Positions 17,293 through 26,784 are shown, counted from the first letter of the stretch. The stretch: DNA of 57,752 nt from Candidatus Eiseniibacteriota bacterium (GCA_044223005.1 JBGAML010000024.1:1-57752); one strand, 5' to 3'. A program made the numbers and translations. The notes: generated by a model from the letters alone, not told the origin.

Positions 17293-18551
17293 TCCGTGTT
17301 CGGCTGGGCCAGCGTGAAGCGCCCGAACCCTTCCCGGTCGATGAAGACGAACCGGTGGTAGGGCTGGTTGTAGTACCAGATCTCGACCGCCGCGGTGGCC
17401 GATGTCGCCGGGTGTTGCTCGATCTGGTCGGCCGGGCCGTAGCGGATATAGATCCGCCCCATGTCGCTGCGCCAGCCCGAGCCGAAGCCCTGGAAGTGCT
17501 GCGAGGCGTAGTGCAGCCGCCGGAAGAACTCGATCTGGTACTCGTTGCGCGGCGTCTCGGGCGTCGGGTCCCGCCGGCGCCAGAAGCGTTCCCACGCCTC
17601 GGCCTGCTGGTCGGGCGTCAGGTTCCGCATGCCGTCGACTTCCTCGCTCGGCGCGATGTACGAGAGCGCCTCGAGCATCTGCGCGAACTCCTTGCCCCGG
17701 GGCGGCCCGCTCTCCTCGATCTCGAACGACCGCGTCGCGCGCCAGCGGGCCTTGCCCTCGACGCGCTCGATCTCGAGCGTGTGCCCGCCCAGGAACAGCT
17801 CGGCGTGGCCCGGGCGCAGGAGCACCAGCTGCGCGGGCTGCGCCAGCGCGACGGCGGTGTCGCCCTGCGCCTCCACCTCGCCCGACTCGTCGAGGATGCG
17901 CCAGTGCAGCTGCGCGCTGCGCGGCCAGGCGCCGGGCCGGCGATCGAAGCTCATGACGCGCGCGGCCAGCCGGTCGGCGTTGAAGCCGAACGAGCGCGTC
18001 GGCACGGGCACGAACGTGCCGCTGCTGTCGAGCACGCCGAGCTGCAGGTCCGCGAAGCCCACCGGCAGGCGCGCGAGATCCTGGAGCACGAGCTGGTCCT
18101 CGGCCTTCGACTCCATCTCCGAGCTCAGGTCGCGCACGCGGAGGCGCACCTTGTAGCGGCCGGGAGGCATGTCGAACGACCGCTGGGCGATCAGGTTGTT
18201 GCGGCTGCTGTGGGTGGCGTCGTACGACGCGATCACCAGGCGCTGGTCCCAGGTCCCGCCGTAGAGGCGGTCGCCGCGGTCCGGCTGGAACTCCACCATG
18301 AAGCTGGCGCCGGCGGCGTAGCCGGCCGGGACGCGATTCCAGCTCAGCTCGGAATACGGCAAGGTCAGCGTGACGCTGACCGAGGCGTGCGTCAGCGAAT
18401 CGAGCGTGACGGCGACGTCGGCCGTGAAGTTCGGGGCGCCTTCCGAGCGAAGCGGGGCCTCGTCGAGCGCCCGGGCGGCTCCGGGGACGAGCGCGAGCGC
18501 CGTGGCGACCAGCACGGTGAAAACGCGTCGGGACAAGGTCGAGGGCAGCAC
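17289..18551 (-). CDS. GWxTD domain-containing exported protein
   Basis: Signal peptide ending AARA; AWERFWRRRDPTPETPRNE...FFRRLHYA..F.....GWRSDMGRIYIRYGPAD...EIWYY...FVFID..G.G.F. Start uncertain: GTG 18551 lies 7 nt after a TGcTAGCTT -10 element (possibly leaderless); the ORF track uses 18572. Confidence 0.88.
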   Translation of the reverse strand: MLPSTLSRRVFTVLVATALALVPGAARALDEAPLRSEGAPNFTADVAVTLDSLTHASVSVTLTLPYSELSWNRVPAGYAAGASFMVEFQPDRGDRLYGGTWDQRLVIASYDATHSSRNNLIAQRSFDMPPGRYKVRLRVRDLSSEMESKAEDQLVLQDLARLPVGFADLQLGVLDSSGTFVPVPTRSFGFNADRLAARVMSFDRRPGAWPRSAQLHWRILDESGEVEAQGDTAVALAQPAQLVLLRPGHAELFLGGHTLEIERVEGKARWRATRSFEIEESGPPRGKEFAQMLEALSYIAPSEEVDGMRNLTPDQQAEAWERFWRRRDPTPETPRNEYQIEFFRRLHYASQHFQGFGSGWRSDMGRIYIRYGPADQIEQHPATSATAAVEIWYYNQPYHRFVFIDREGFGRFTLAQPNTE

Positions 18552-18679
18552 CGCGGGCAAGCTAGCACACATCCCCGCACGAGGTGCGCCCCGAAAATCA
18601 CCCTTGACGCGGGGCGGTCTTCCGAGAGGAAATGGTGGGTGCCGGGCCCAACCTCCGGGAAGGACACCTGTACTTGCAC

Positions 18680-21496
18680 GTGCCCTGCCTCCGACTCGTT
18701 CCTCGTTCCGTCCGGCTCCTGCTGCTGGCCTGCCTGCCCCTGGCGGCGACCCTCGCCGCCTCGCCGGCGTTCGCGACCATGCCTCGCCCCGACGGAACGG
18801 TTTCGCCCGCGGTCCAGGCCGCGGCCGCCCAGGGCCTTTTCGCGCTTCCGGACCACTCGGGGCTCGAGACCAGCGTGGCCTCGAAGAACTGGTGGGTCCC
18901 CGTCGTGATCGTGAACTTCGCGGACAGCACGTGGGTCCACGGCGTCCCCGAGTTCCAGCACGCGATCCTCGACACGACCCACTCCACCGCGACCGGCTCG
19001 GTCGCCGACTACTGGGAATGGGTCAGCCGCGGCCGGATCAAGTTCCGCGCGGAGGTCGTGGGGACGGTCACGCTCCCCCACCCCGAGAACTACTACGCGT
19101 TCAACGCGAACGGCCTCGCCACGCTCTACACGCCGCAGAACGATTACGGCCTCGTGCAGGACTGCGTGCGCGCGCTCGATCCGACGGTGGACTGGAACCG
19201 CTACGACCGCGACGCGGACGGGTACGTGGACATGATCTGGATCGTCCACCCGGGACTCGGAGGTGAAGCGACGACGAGCCGCACGAACCTGTGGTCGCTC
19301 ACCGGCTGGCTGTCGTACGGCTGGAGCAACGCCGGCCCGGTCGAAACGCTCGACGCGGTGCCGGGCACGACGCAGCACAAGGTCTTCGTGGACCGTTTCA
19401 CGATCCTGCCCGAGATGTCGTACTTCCGTCCGGGGCAGCTCTCGGAGATCGGCGTCTTCTGTCACGAGTTCGGGCACGCGCTGGGCCTGCCGGACCTCTA
19501 CGACACCGCGACGCTCGGCGGCCGCGGCTCGAGCAACGTCGGTCCCGGCAATTGGTCGCTCATGTCGACGGGCACGTACGGCGGCGACAGCCATTCGCCC
19601 GAGTACCCGACGCACCCCGGTGGCTGGTGCTCGCAGTTCCTCGGCCTGACTTCGGTCGTGCAGCCGACGCAGGACACGCTCGTCGTGCTGACGCCGCAGT
19701 CGCGTGGCGGCCCGGTGTACAGCGTCGCGTTCCAGGGCGAGAGCGGGACCGAGCACTTCCTGCTCGAGTCGCGCTACCGCGAGGGCTTCGATCGCAACTT
19801 GCCGGCGAGCGGGCTGCTCGTCACGCAGGTCGACGAAGCACAGGTCGGGCTGCGGCTCTTCAGCAACCGCGTCATCTCGACCGACTTCCCCGCGTTCCGC
19901 GTGCTGGAGGCCGACGGCCGCTTCGATCTCGTGCACGGCCAGAACCAGGGCGATGCTTCGGACCTCCTCCCCGGCGCGTTCGACGTGCAGCGCCTCGACG
20001 ACGACACCGCCCCCGCGCTGCGCCTCTTCTCCGGCGCGGTGAGCGGGCTCGCGATCGAAGACCCGCTGCGCGCCGGCAGCGCGACCATGGCATTGCTGCA
20101 CGTGCGCGCGGCCGGCTGGCAGTCGAGCGCCGACGTCACCGCGCCGGGCTGGGTGCCGGTCGGCGGCACGAGCCGCGGGCATCGGGCCGCCATCTCGCCG
20201 CAAGGGACCGAGTTCCAGGCGTTCGCCGACTACGCGGGCGGCATCGCGCAGGTGAAGGTCCGCTCGCGATCGTTCGCGGGTTCGTGGAGCGCGGCGATCC
20301 CCGCGACCAGCAGTCCCGCCGGGGCCTACGACCCGGTGCTCACGCGGCTGCCGAACGACGACCTCGGCCTCGCGTGGACCGACGTGCGCGCCGGATTCCC
20401 GCAGGTCTACTACCGCGCGCGCCTCGGCGGCGCGTGGACACCCGAGACGGCGCTCTCGCCCGAGGGCGTGAGCGGTATCGCGCCCGCGATCACCTCCGAC
20501 CGTGCGGGCCGCGTCTATGTGACGTGGCTCGACCTGGCGAGCGCCCGCCCGGCGATCCGGTTCCTCGACTTCCCCGCGGGCTCTCCTTCAGGCACGATCC
20601 GCACCGTGAGCGACACCCTCGACATGCCCCTGCCTCCCGCGATCGCGGCCACCCCGGACGGCCACGGCTGCGTCGCGTGGTCCGACCGCGGCAACGGCGG
20701 CTACGAGGCGTGCATCGCGACGTGGGCGCCGGACACCGGCCTCGCCGGACGGCAGAAGCTGTCGGTCTTCGCCGGCGTCGTGCAACCTTCGATCGACGTC
20801 GCATCCGATTCGACCGGCACGCTTCACCTCGCGTGGCAGCAGGTGACCGGCGGCATCAGCGAGATCCACTACTCGCGCCGGCCCCCGACGGGACAGCCGT
20901 CTCCCGCGGACACGGTGCTCGTCTCGCTCAACGAGTCGGTGCAGAATCCCGCGATCGCCACCGATCTCCAGCTCGGCGTCCACCTGATCTGGGAACACAC
21001 GACCAGCACCGGCCAGGAGGTGCGCTACAAGCGCTGGCGGCCGGGACAGGGCTGGGACGGAGGCGCGACGACCATCTCGAGCACCGCGCAGGGCAGCGCG
21101 AGCGACGCCGCGATCCTGCCCATCACGCACGGCAACGTGACCGTGCTCTACTCCGATTTCGACGGCACCCGGCGTCGGCAGCGCACGCGCATCCGCCGGC
21201 TCGACGGCCTGATGGCCGCCGACGCGCCGCCGCCCGCCTCGGCCGCACGCGGCCCGGCGTTCCACGTCGGCCCGAGCCCCGTGCACGCCGGCGCCGAGAT
21301 CCTCGCCGCCGGCCCCGGGCTCGTGGGCGCAGCGGAGCTCGAACTCTTCGACGCGAGCGGCCGCCGCGTCGCCAGCGCGCGTCCGAGCGGTGGCGTCGCG
21401 CGCTTCACGCCGGCGCAGACGCGCGACCTCGTTCCCGGGCTCTACTTCGCACGCCCCCGCGGCGGCGAGGCGGCGCGCGTGGTGGTGCTCCGCTGA
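18680..21496 (+). CDS. M6-family (immune inhibitor A-like) metalloprotease with propeller-like repeats and a degenerate T9SS-like CTD
   Basis: GSVADYWEWVSRG, VDWNRYDRDADGYVD, GVFCHEFGHALGLPDLYD, GNWSLMSTG; repeats of P.I..D..G..H/Y.AW; tail VGPSPV...LELFDASGRRVAS...LVPGLYFAR...VVVLR. Start approximate (18632-18680). Confidence 0.88.
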   Translation: MPCLRLVPRSVRLLLLACLPLAATLAASPAFATMPRPDGTVSPAVQAAAAQGLFALPDHSGLETSVASKNWWVPVVIVNFADSTWVHGVPEFQHAILDTTHSTATGSVADYWEWVSRGRIKFRAEVVGTVTLPHPENYYAFNANGLATLYTPQNDYGLVQDCVRALDPTVDWNRYDRDADGYVDMIWIVHPGLGGEATTSRTNLWSLTGWLSYGWSNAGPVETLDAVPGTTQHKVFVDRFTILPEMSYFRPGQLSEIGVFCHEFGHALGLPDLYDTATLGGRGSSNVGPGNWSLMSTGTYGGDSHSPEYPTHPGGWCSQFLGLTSVVQPTQDTLVVLTPQSRGGPVYSVAFQGESGTEHFLLESRYREGFDRNLPASGLLVTQVDEAQVGLRLFSNRVISTDFPAFRVLEADGRFDLVHGQNQGDASDLLPGAFDVQRLDDDTAPALRLFSGAVSGLAIEDPLRAGSATMALLHVRAAGWQSSADVTAPGWVPVGGTSRGHRAAISPQGTEFQAFADYAGGIAQVKVRSRSFAGSWSAAIPATSSPAGAYDPVLTRLPNDDLGLAWTDVRAGFPQVYYRARLGGAWTPETALSPEGVSGIAPAITSDRAGRVYVTWLDLASARPAIRFLDFPAGSPSGTIRTVSDTLDMPLPPAIAATPDGHGCVAWSDRGNGGYEACIATWAPDTGLAGRQKLSVFAGVVQPSIDVASDSTGTLHLAWQQVTGGISEIHYSRRPPTGQPSPADTVLVSLNESVQNPAIATDLQLGVHLIWEHTTSTGQEVRYKRWRPGQGWDGGATTISSTAQGSASDAAILPITHGNVTVLYSDFDGTRRRQRTRIRRLDGLMAADAPPPASAARGPAFHVGPSPVHAGAEILAAGPGLVGAAELELFDASGRRVASARPSGGVARFTPAQTRDLVPGLYFARPRGGEAARVVVLR

Positions 21497-21519
21497 CGGG
21501 GCTGCCGTTCGCGGCGGCC

Positions 21520-22752
21520 GTGCTGCTCGCGCTCGCATTCCCGGCGCGGATCGCCGGCGTGTACCCCGTCGACGACTCGCTCGGCGCGCGCTGGGGCGAC
21601 TGCGGCACGTGGCAGCTCCCGGTCGGTTCGCCCGAGAAGCTCGGCGATCCCGGGCGCGAGGGCGAGCCCGCGTTCAAGGTGAACCGCAACCTCGAGTACT
21701 CCGGGTCGCGCATGACGCACGAAGGCGCCGATCTCGCGAATGGGCGCGCCGGCGACCCGGTGCACGCCGCCGCCAACGGTCTCGTCGTGCTCGCCACCGA
21801 GTCCGACGCCGGAAGCGGCTACGGCGCGCACGTCGTGCTCGCGCACCGCGACGACGACGGGCGGCTCCTGTACTCGGTCTACGCCCACCTGCAGCGCGGC
21901 TCGATGCAGGTGCACCCGGGCGACCTCGTCGTCGCCGGCGATCCGCTGGCGCGCGTCGGGCGCACCGGCCGCGCGACGTGCGACCACCTCCACTTCGAGG
22001 TGCGCGAGGCGGACGCGCCGGAAGAGCGATGGGAGAACACCGAGGTCCTCGACCCGCTCGCGTTCGTCGACGGGCGCATGGGGCTCGGCACGCCGGACGC
22101 GGGCGAGCCGGGCCACGACACCTACGTCACGTGGGCCGCGCGCGCCGGCCTGGTGGGCGCCGGCGCCTCCGCCGATGGCGCGATCACGCGCGCGGCCTGG
22201 TGGCGCATGCTCGCGCGCACGACGCCGGACGGCCCGTCGTTCACGGGCAGCAGCGGCGACGCGCTGCGCGATTCGCTCATGCAGGCCGGCGTGCTGCCCG
22301 ACGAGGAATCCGGGGCGCCGGCCGACGAACCGCTCGCGTGGTCCGAGATGGCGCGCGACCTCAAGCGCCTGCAGCAGCTCGGAGCACGCGTCCCGCGCGG
22401 CCCGCTCCCGGCCGCGGCGCACGATTCCGCCTGCGCCGAACGCGTCGGCCAGCGCGCGCCCGCGGCGCACGCCGCCGCCCTGCGGCACCGTGCCGGCGCG
22501 CCCTCGCTCGCCGACGCCTGCCTGCTGCTGGCCGACGTGGGCGGGCCGCGGCTCGAGCGCCACGCGCCGGTGCGCGGCAAGGCCGGGGCCCAGGTGCGTC
22601 CGGCGAAGGCGAAGCGGCGCGCGCCGCACGCCCACCTCGCGAAACGCTCGAAGCGCGGGGCCGCGGGCAGCACTTCCCGGCACGGCAAGGCGCCGAAGAA
22701 GCGGACCGCGAAGCCGCGGCCGGCGGCGCATGCGAAGAAGCCGCGTTCTTGA
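21520..22752 (+). CDS. M23-family peptidase with SLH-like repeats and a basic C-terminal tail
   Basis: HEGADLA (HxxxD), GYGAHVVLAH, YAHL, GRTGRAT.DHLHFEVR (HxH). Start uncertain (GTG 21520 or a non-canonical codon near 21493). Confidence 0.85.
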   Translation: MLLALAFPARIAGVYPVDDSLGARWGDCGTWQLPVGSPEKLGDPGREGEPAFKVNRNLEYSGSRMTHEGADLANGRAGDPVHAAANGLVVLATESDAGSGYGAHVVLAHRDDDGRLLYSVYAHLQRGSMQVHPGDLVVAGDPLARVGRTGRATCDHLHFEVREADAPEERWENTEVLDPLAFVDGRMGLGTPDAGEPGHDTYVTWAARAGLVGAGASADGAITRAAWWRMLARTTPDGPSFTGSSGDALRDSLMQAGVLPDEESGAPADEPLAWSEMARDLKRLQQLGARVPRGPLPAAAHDSACAERVGQRAPAAHAAALRHRAGAPSLADACLLLADVGGPRLERHAPVRGKAGAQVRPAKAKRRAPHAHLAKRSKRGAAGSTSRHGKAPKKRTAKPRPAAHAKKPRS

Positions 22753-22787
22753 CGCGCCCGGCGCGCGGATGGCAGTCTCCGCGCCCG

Positions 22788-23062
22788 AAGGCTGAGACGG
22801 GGACAGTAGGCCACGCATGGCCCAGCGAGCCGGGGACGGTGGGAGCCCGGCGCCCTCTGCGTGCACCGAACATCACCCCCGAGCCGCCGACCGAGCCGGT
22901 GCCCACGCGCCGGTGTAGGCCCGGACGGACGCCCCCCGAGAGCGGGCGAAGCCGCGAGGCTTCACGAGGCGCGTGCCGCGAGGCGCGCGCGAAGTTGGGT
23001 GGTAACGCGACTCACCGTCGCCCCAACGGCGTCCACGCGCCGATGGGGCGTTTTCGTTTTTC
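22788..23062 (+). ncRNA. T-box riboswitch (Ile specifier, transcription-attenuation type)
   Basis: Stem I with GA kink-turn (GCTGAGA..GGGG/CCCC.GAGC), AGTA/GAA loop-E, specifier ATC at 22872-22874, T-box AAGTTGGGTGGTAACGCG at 22992-23009, terminator 23019-23050 plus TTTTCGTTTTT. Immediately upstream of ileS. Confidence 0.93.
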
Positions 23063-23085
23063 GCCGACGTACCGACGGAGGAACC

Positions 23086-25923
23086 ATGTCCGAGCAGCCG
23101 AAGAAGCCCGGCTACCGCGACACGCTCAACCTGCCCGCGACCGACTTCCCGATGAAGGCCGATCTCACGACGCGCGAGCCCCAGCGGCTCGCCGCGTGGC
23201 GCGAGTCCGGCCGCTACGCCGAACTGCGCCGGCGCCGGGCGGGCCGGCCGCTGTGGCTGCTGCACGACGGGCCTCCGTATTCGAACGGCCACCTGCACAT
23301 GGGCACGGCCGCGAACAAGATCTGGAAGGACGCCGCGGTGCGGCAGGCGTCGCTCGCCGGCTTCGACGCGCCCTACGTTCCCGGCTGGGACAACCACGGC
23401 ATGCCGATCGAAATGCAGGTCGGCCGCGAGTTCGCCGAGAAGAAGATCAAGCCCGAGCGTGTGGAGCTGCGCCGCGCCTGCCGCGAGTACGCGCGCAAGT
23501 GGATCGACGTCCAGCGCGAGGAGTTCGAGCGGCTCGGCGGCTGGGGCGACTGGCACCGGCCCTACCTCACGATGGCGCCCGAGTTCGAGGCCGAGATCCT
23601 CGAGACGTTCGCGGCGCTCACGGCGAAGGGCTTCGTGCAGCGCGGCAAGCGCTCGATCCACTGGTGCCCCACCGACCGCACGGCGCTCGCGATGGCCGAG
23701 ATCGAATATGCCGACGCGCCCTCGCCGTCGATTTACGTCCGCTTCCCGCTGCGCCGCGACGCCACGGGCGCGCTCGCCGCGTGGCCGCAGGCCAGCGCCG
23801 TCGCGTGGACGACGACGCCCTGGACCCTGCCCGCGAACCTCGGGCTCATGGTGGATCCCACGGCGGAGTACGCGGTCGTGCAGCTCGCGGGCCACGTGCT
23901 CGTGCTCGCCGCCGCGCGGCTCGCGCCGCTCGCGGAACTGCTCGGCGAGCAGCCCGAGCGGCTCGGCAGCGTGAAGGGCGCGCAGCTCGTCGGCTCGATC
24001 TTCGAGGCACCCTTCGGCAACGATTCGCGCGCGGTCGACGGCACGCCGTACGTGAGCATGGAGGACGGTACCGGCATCGTGCACACCGCCCCCGGCCACG
24101 GCACGGAGGACTTCGCCGTCGGGCAGCGCGAGGGCCTCGGCATCGCGTGCCCCGTCGACGAGGCCGGCCGGCTCACCGCCGACGTGCCGCACTTCGCGGG
24201 CCGCAGCGTGCTGGACGTGAACGAGGACATCACCGCGTGGCTGCGCGAGCAGGGCAAGCTGCTCCACTCGAGCCACTTCACGCACAGCTATCCGCACTGC
24301 TGGCGCTGCCGCAAGCCCGTGATCTTCCGCGCGACCGACCAGTGGTTCATGATCGTGGACCACGACGGCCACCGCGACCGCTGCGTACGCGAGATCGAGA
24401 CGCGCGTCGCGTGGGATCCCGCGAGCTCGCAGAACCGCATCCGCGAAGCGGTGAAGAGCCGCCCCGACTGGTGCCTCTCGCGCCAGCGCTCGTGGGGCGT
24501 GGGCATCCCGGCGATCTACTGCGAATCGTGCGGCACGCCCGAGCTCGTCCCCGCCGTGATGTCGCGCGCGGCCGAGCTCACGCGCCAGCACACCTCCGAC
24601 GCGTGGTACGAGCGCCCGGTCGAGGACTTCCTCCCCGCCGGGCACACGTGCGGGTCGTGCGGCGCGAAGGGACCGTTCCGCAAGGAGACCGACGTGCTGG
24701 ACGTCTGGTTCGACTCCGGCTCCACGCACCGCGCGATCCAGGTGACGCACCCCGAGTTGAAGCGCGGCTGGGAGCTGGCGCGCGAGGGCAAGGCCGAGCT
24801 CGTCTACTTCGAAGGCCCGGACCAGCACCGCGGCTGGTTCAACTCCTCGCTCATGGTCGGCGTCGGCACCGAGGGCGTCGCGCCGTTCACGCGCGTGTGC
24901 ACGCACGGCTGGGTGCTCGACGCGCAGGGCCACGCCATGCACAAGTCGCTGGGCAACGTCGTCTCGCCGCTCAAGCTGATCGAGAAGCACGGCGCCGACG
25001 TGGTGCGCTGGTGGGCACTCGCGACCGACTGGCGGGGCGACGTGCGCGTCGGCGACGAGATCATGCAGCGCGTCGCGGACGCGTACCGGAAGGTGCGGAA
25101 CACGTTCCGCTTCCTGCTCGGCAATCTCTCGGACTTCGACCCGTCGGAACACGCCGTGGAACCCGACTTCATGCTGCGGGTCGATCGCGACTTCTGGGAC
25201 TTCCTTGGCTCACGGGTTCAGCGCATCCGAGACTTCTACGAGCGACTGGAGTTCCACCGAGCAGCAGATGCTCTGCTGGACACCTGTACCGTTCACCTCT
25301 CGGCGGCCTTCCTGGACGTGACCAAGGACAGGCTCTACTCGCTGGCGAAGGATGACCCAGCTCGCCGTTCGGCGCAGACCGTCCTTTGGCGAGCTCTGCA
25401 CGACCTGACCCTCGCGGCCGCTCCCATCCTCGTATTCACCGCCGATGAAGTCTGGCAGCAGCATCCTGCGCTCGTGAACGAGGCTGGGAGTGTGCACTTC
25501 GCAGAATGGCCCAAGGAACGGTATCCGTTGGCCAACGAAGGCCCGTGGGAGATGCTCCTCGCCCTGAGAGATGTGGTGAATGCGGGGATCGAACCGCTCA
25601 AGGCAGATAAGACCGTGTCCGTGAGCGGCGAGATCGAAGCCGAAGTTGAAGTCGGAGTGCGATCGGACACGTCCGCCCTGATCGAGCTCTATCGCGACGA
25701 ACTACCCAGCTTTCTGATGGTCGCATCTGTGAACCTAAGGCTGAACGCGTTCGAAGCAACTGACCAGGCCGATGGCCCCGAAGCGGAGTTCAGGCTTAAG
25801 TCGGTGCGACGCACCTCGCATCCGCGCTGCGAACGGTGCTGGACCTACCGGCCGGACGTCGCGGCCGACGGCACGCACGCGGGGCTCTGCACGCGCTGCG
25901 TGACGGCGCTCGCGGCGCGCTGA
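23086..25923 (+). CDS. ileS: Isoleucine--tRNA ligase (type 1, C-terminal zinc finger)
   Basis: DTLNLP.TDFPMKA, LHDGPPYSNGHLHMGT, WTTTPWTLPAN, GTGIVHTAPGHG, HSYPHCWR, DWCLSRQRSWG, EGPDQHRGWF, AMHKSLGN, CERCW...LCTRC. RBS GGAGG. Confidence 0.98.
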   Translation: MSEQPKKPGYRDTLNLPATDFPMKADLTTREPQRLAAWRESGRYAELRRRRAGRPLWLLHDGPPYSNGHLHMGTAANKIWKDAAVRQASLAGFDAPYVPGWDNHGMPIEMQVGREFAEKKIKPERVELRRACREYARKWIDVQREEFERLGGWGDWHRPYLTMAPEFEAEILETFAALTAKGFVQRGKRSIHWCPTDRTALAMAEIEYADAPSPSIYVRFPLRRDATGALAAWPQASAVAWTTTPWTLPANLGLMVDPTAEYAVVQLAGHVLVLAAARLAPLAELLGEQPERLGSVKGAQLVGSIFEAPFGNDSRAVDGTPYVSMEDGTGIVHTAPGHGTEDFAVGQREGLGIACPVDEAGRLTADVPHFAGRSVLDVNEDITAWLREQGKLLHSSHFTHSYPHCWRCRKPVIFRATDQWFMIVDHDGHRDRCVREIETRVAWDPASSQNRIREAVKSRPDWCLSRQRSWGVGIPAIYCESCGTPELVPAVMSRAAELTRQHTSDAWYERPVEDFLPAGHTCGSCGAKGPFRKETDVLDVWFDSGSTHRAIQVTHPELKRGWELAREGKAELVYFEGPDQHRGWFNSSLMVGVGTEGVAPFTRVCTHGWVLDAQGHAMHKSLGNVVSPLKLIEKHGADVVRWWALATDWRGDVRVGDEIMQRVADAYRKVRNTFRFLLGNLSDFDPSEHAVEPDFMLRVDRDFWDFLGSRVQRIRDFYERLEFHRAADALLDTCTVHLSAAFLDVTKDRLYSLAKDDPARRSAQTVLWRALHDLTLAAAPILVFTADEVWQQHPALVNEAGSVHFAEWPKERYPLANEGPWEMLLALRDVVNAGIEPLKADKTVSVSGEIEAEVEVGVRSDTSALIELYRDELPSFLMVASVNLRLNAFEATDQADGPEAEFRLKSVRRTSHPRCERCWTYRPDVAADGTHAGLCTRCVTALAAR

Positions 25924-25946
25924 GCGTCCGCGCACGGGAAATCATG

Positions 25947-25975
25947 CGGCCCGCCGGGTGCTGCCCGGCGGGCCG
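25947..25975. terminator. Hairpin between convergent ileS and kinase genes
   Basis: CGGCCCGCCGGG-tgctg-CCCGGCGGGCCG. Confidence 0.65.
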
Positions 25976-25993
25976 TCACGTTTCCGGAAACGC

Positions 25994-26653
25994 TCAGGGC
26001 TCGAGCGGCAGCTCGGCCTGGCGCGGGTAGCGGCGCTTGAGCGACTCCACGAGATCGCGGAACGCCGCCGTCTCCCCCTGCAGTGGCACCGTGTCGGTGT
26101 CGATCTCGATCACCTCGGTGGTACCACGCGCGCGCGTCATCCAGCCGTCGTACGCGGTGTTCAGGCGGCGAATGTAGTCGATTCCGATGCCCTTTTCGCT
26201 TTCGCGCCCGCGGCGAGCGATCCTGCCCATGAGGGTCTCCGGGCTCGCCTTGAGGTACAGGATCACGTCCGGCGGGCGGAGAAAACTGACCATGCAGTCG
26301 AAAAGCGAGGTGTAGTTCTCGTAATCGACCGGCGTCATCGACCCCTGCTCGTGGAGCGTCCGCGCGAAGATCTCGGCGTCCTCGTAGATCGTGCGGTCCT
26401 GGATGAACGGCAGCGAACTGCGTCCGATCTCGACCTGGGCCTTGAATCGCTCGCCCAGGAAGTAGATCTGCAAGTGGAAGCTCCACCGCGTCATATCGCG
26501 ATAGAAGGGATCGAGATACGGGTTCTGGATCACGGGCTCGTAGTAAGCGACCCAGCCCAGTTCCTCGGCCAGCCGGCTCGTGAGTTCCGTCTTGCCGACA
26601 CCGATGTTGCCTGCGATCGCGAGGAAGAAACCGGGATTCACATGCGACTCCAT
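25994..26653 (-). CDS. Deoxynucleoside kinase (dNK family)
   Basis: P-loop IAGNIGVGKT, EPVIQNPYLDPFY, LQIYFL..RF, QDRTIYED..IF, PDVILYL, RIARRGRESE. Start may be 26653 or GTG 26641. Confidence 0.93.
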   Translation of the reverse strand: MESHVNPGFFLAIAGNIGVGKTELTSRLAEELGWVAYYEPVIQNPYLDPFYRDMTRWSFHLQIYFLGERFKAQVEIGRSSLPFIQDRTIYEDAEIFARTLHEQGSMTPVDYENYTSLFDCMVSFLRPPDVILYLKASPETLMGRIARRGRESEKGIGIDYIRRLNTAYDGWMTRARGTTEVIEIDTDTVPLQGETAAFRDLVESLKRRYPRQAELPLEP

Positions 26654-26784
26654 TCGCCGTGAGTGCTTGGCGAAAACCTGTCGAGTTCCGGGCGAAGAAG
26701 TGACGATTCCAAAACGATTCGCGCAGTGCGCGGTGCGATAGTGGGCCCGTCGACGAAGAGCGCGGCGAGCCGGCAGAAAAAGTT

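Noticed and set aside
21390..25355. 1321 aa + strand ORF overlapping the M23 gene and ileS
   Set aside because: Alternative-frame R/A/G/P-rich translation crossing the T-box; the real genes are in other frames.
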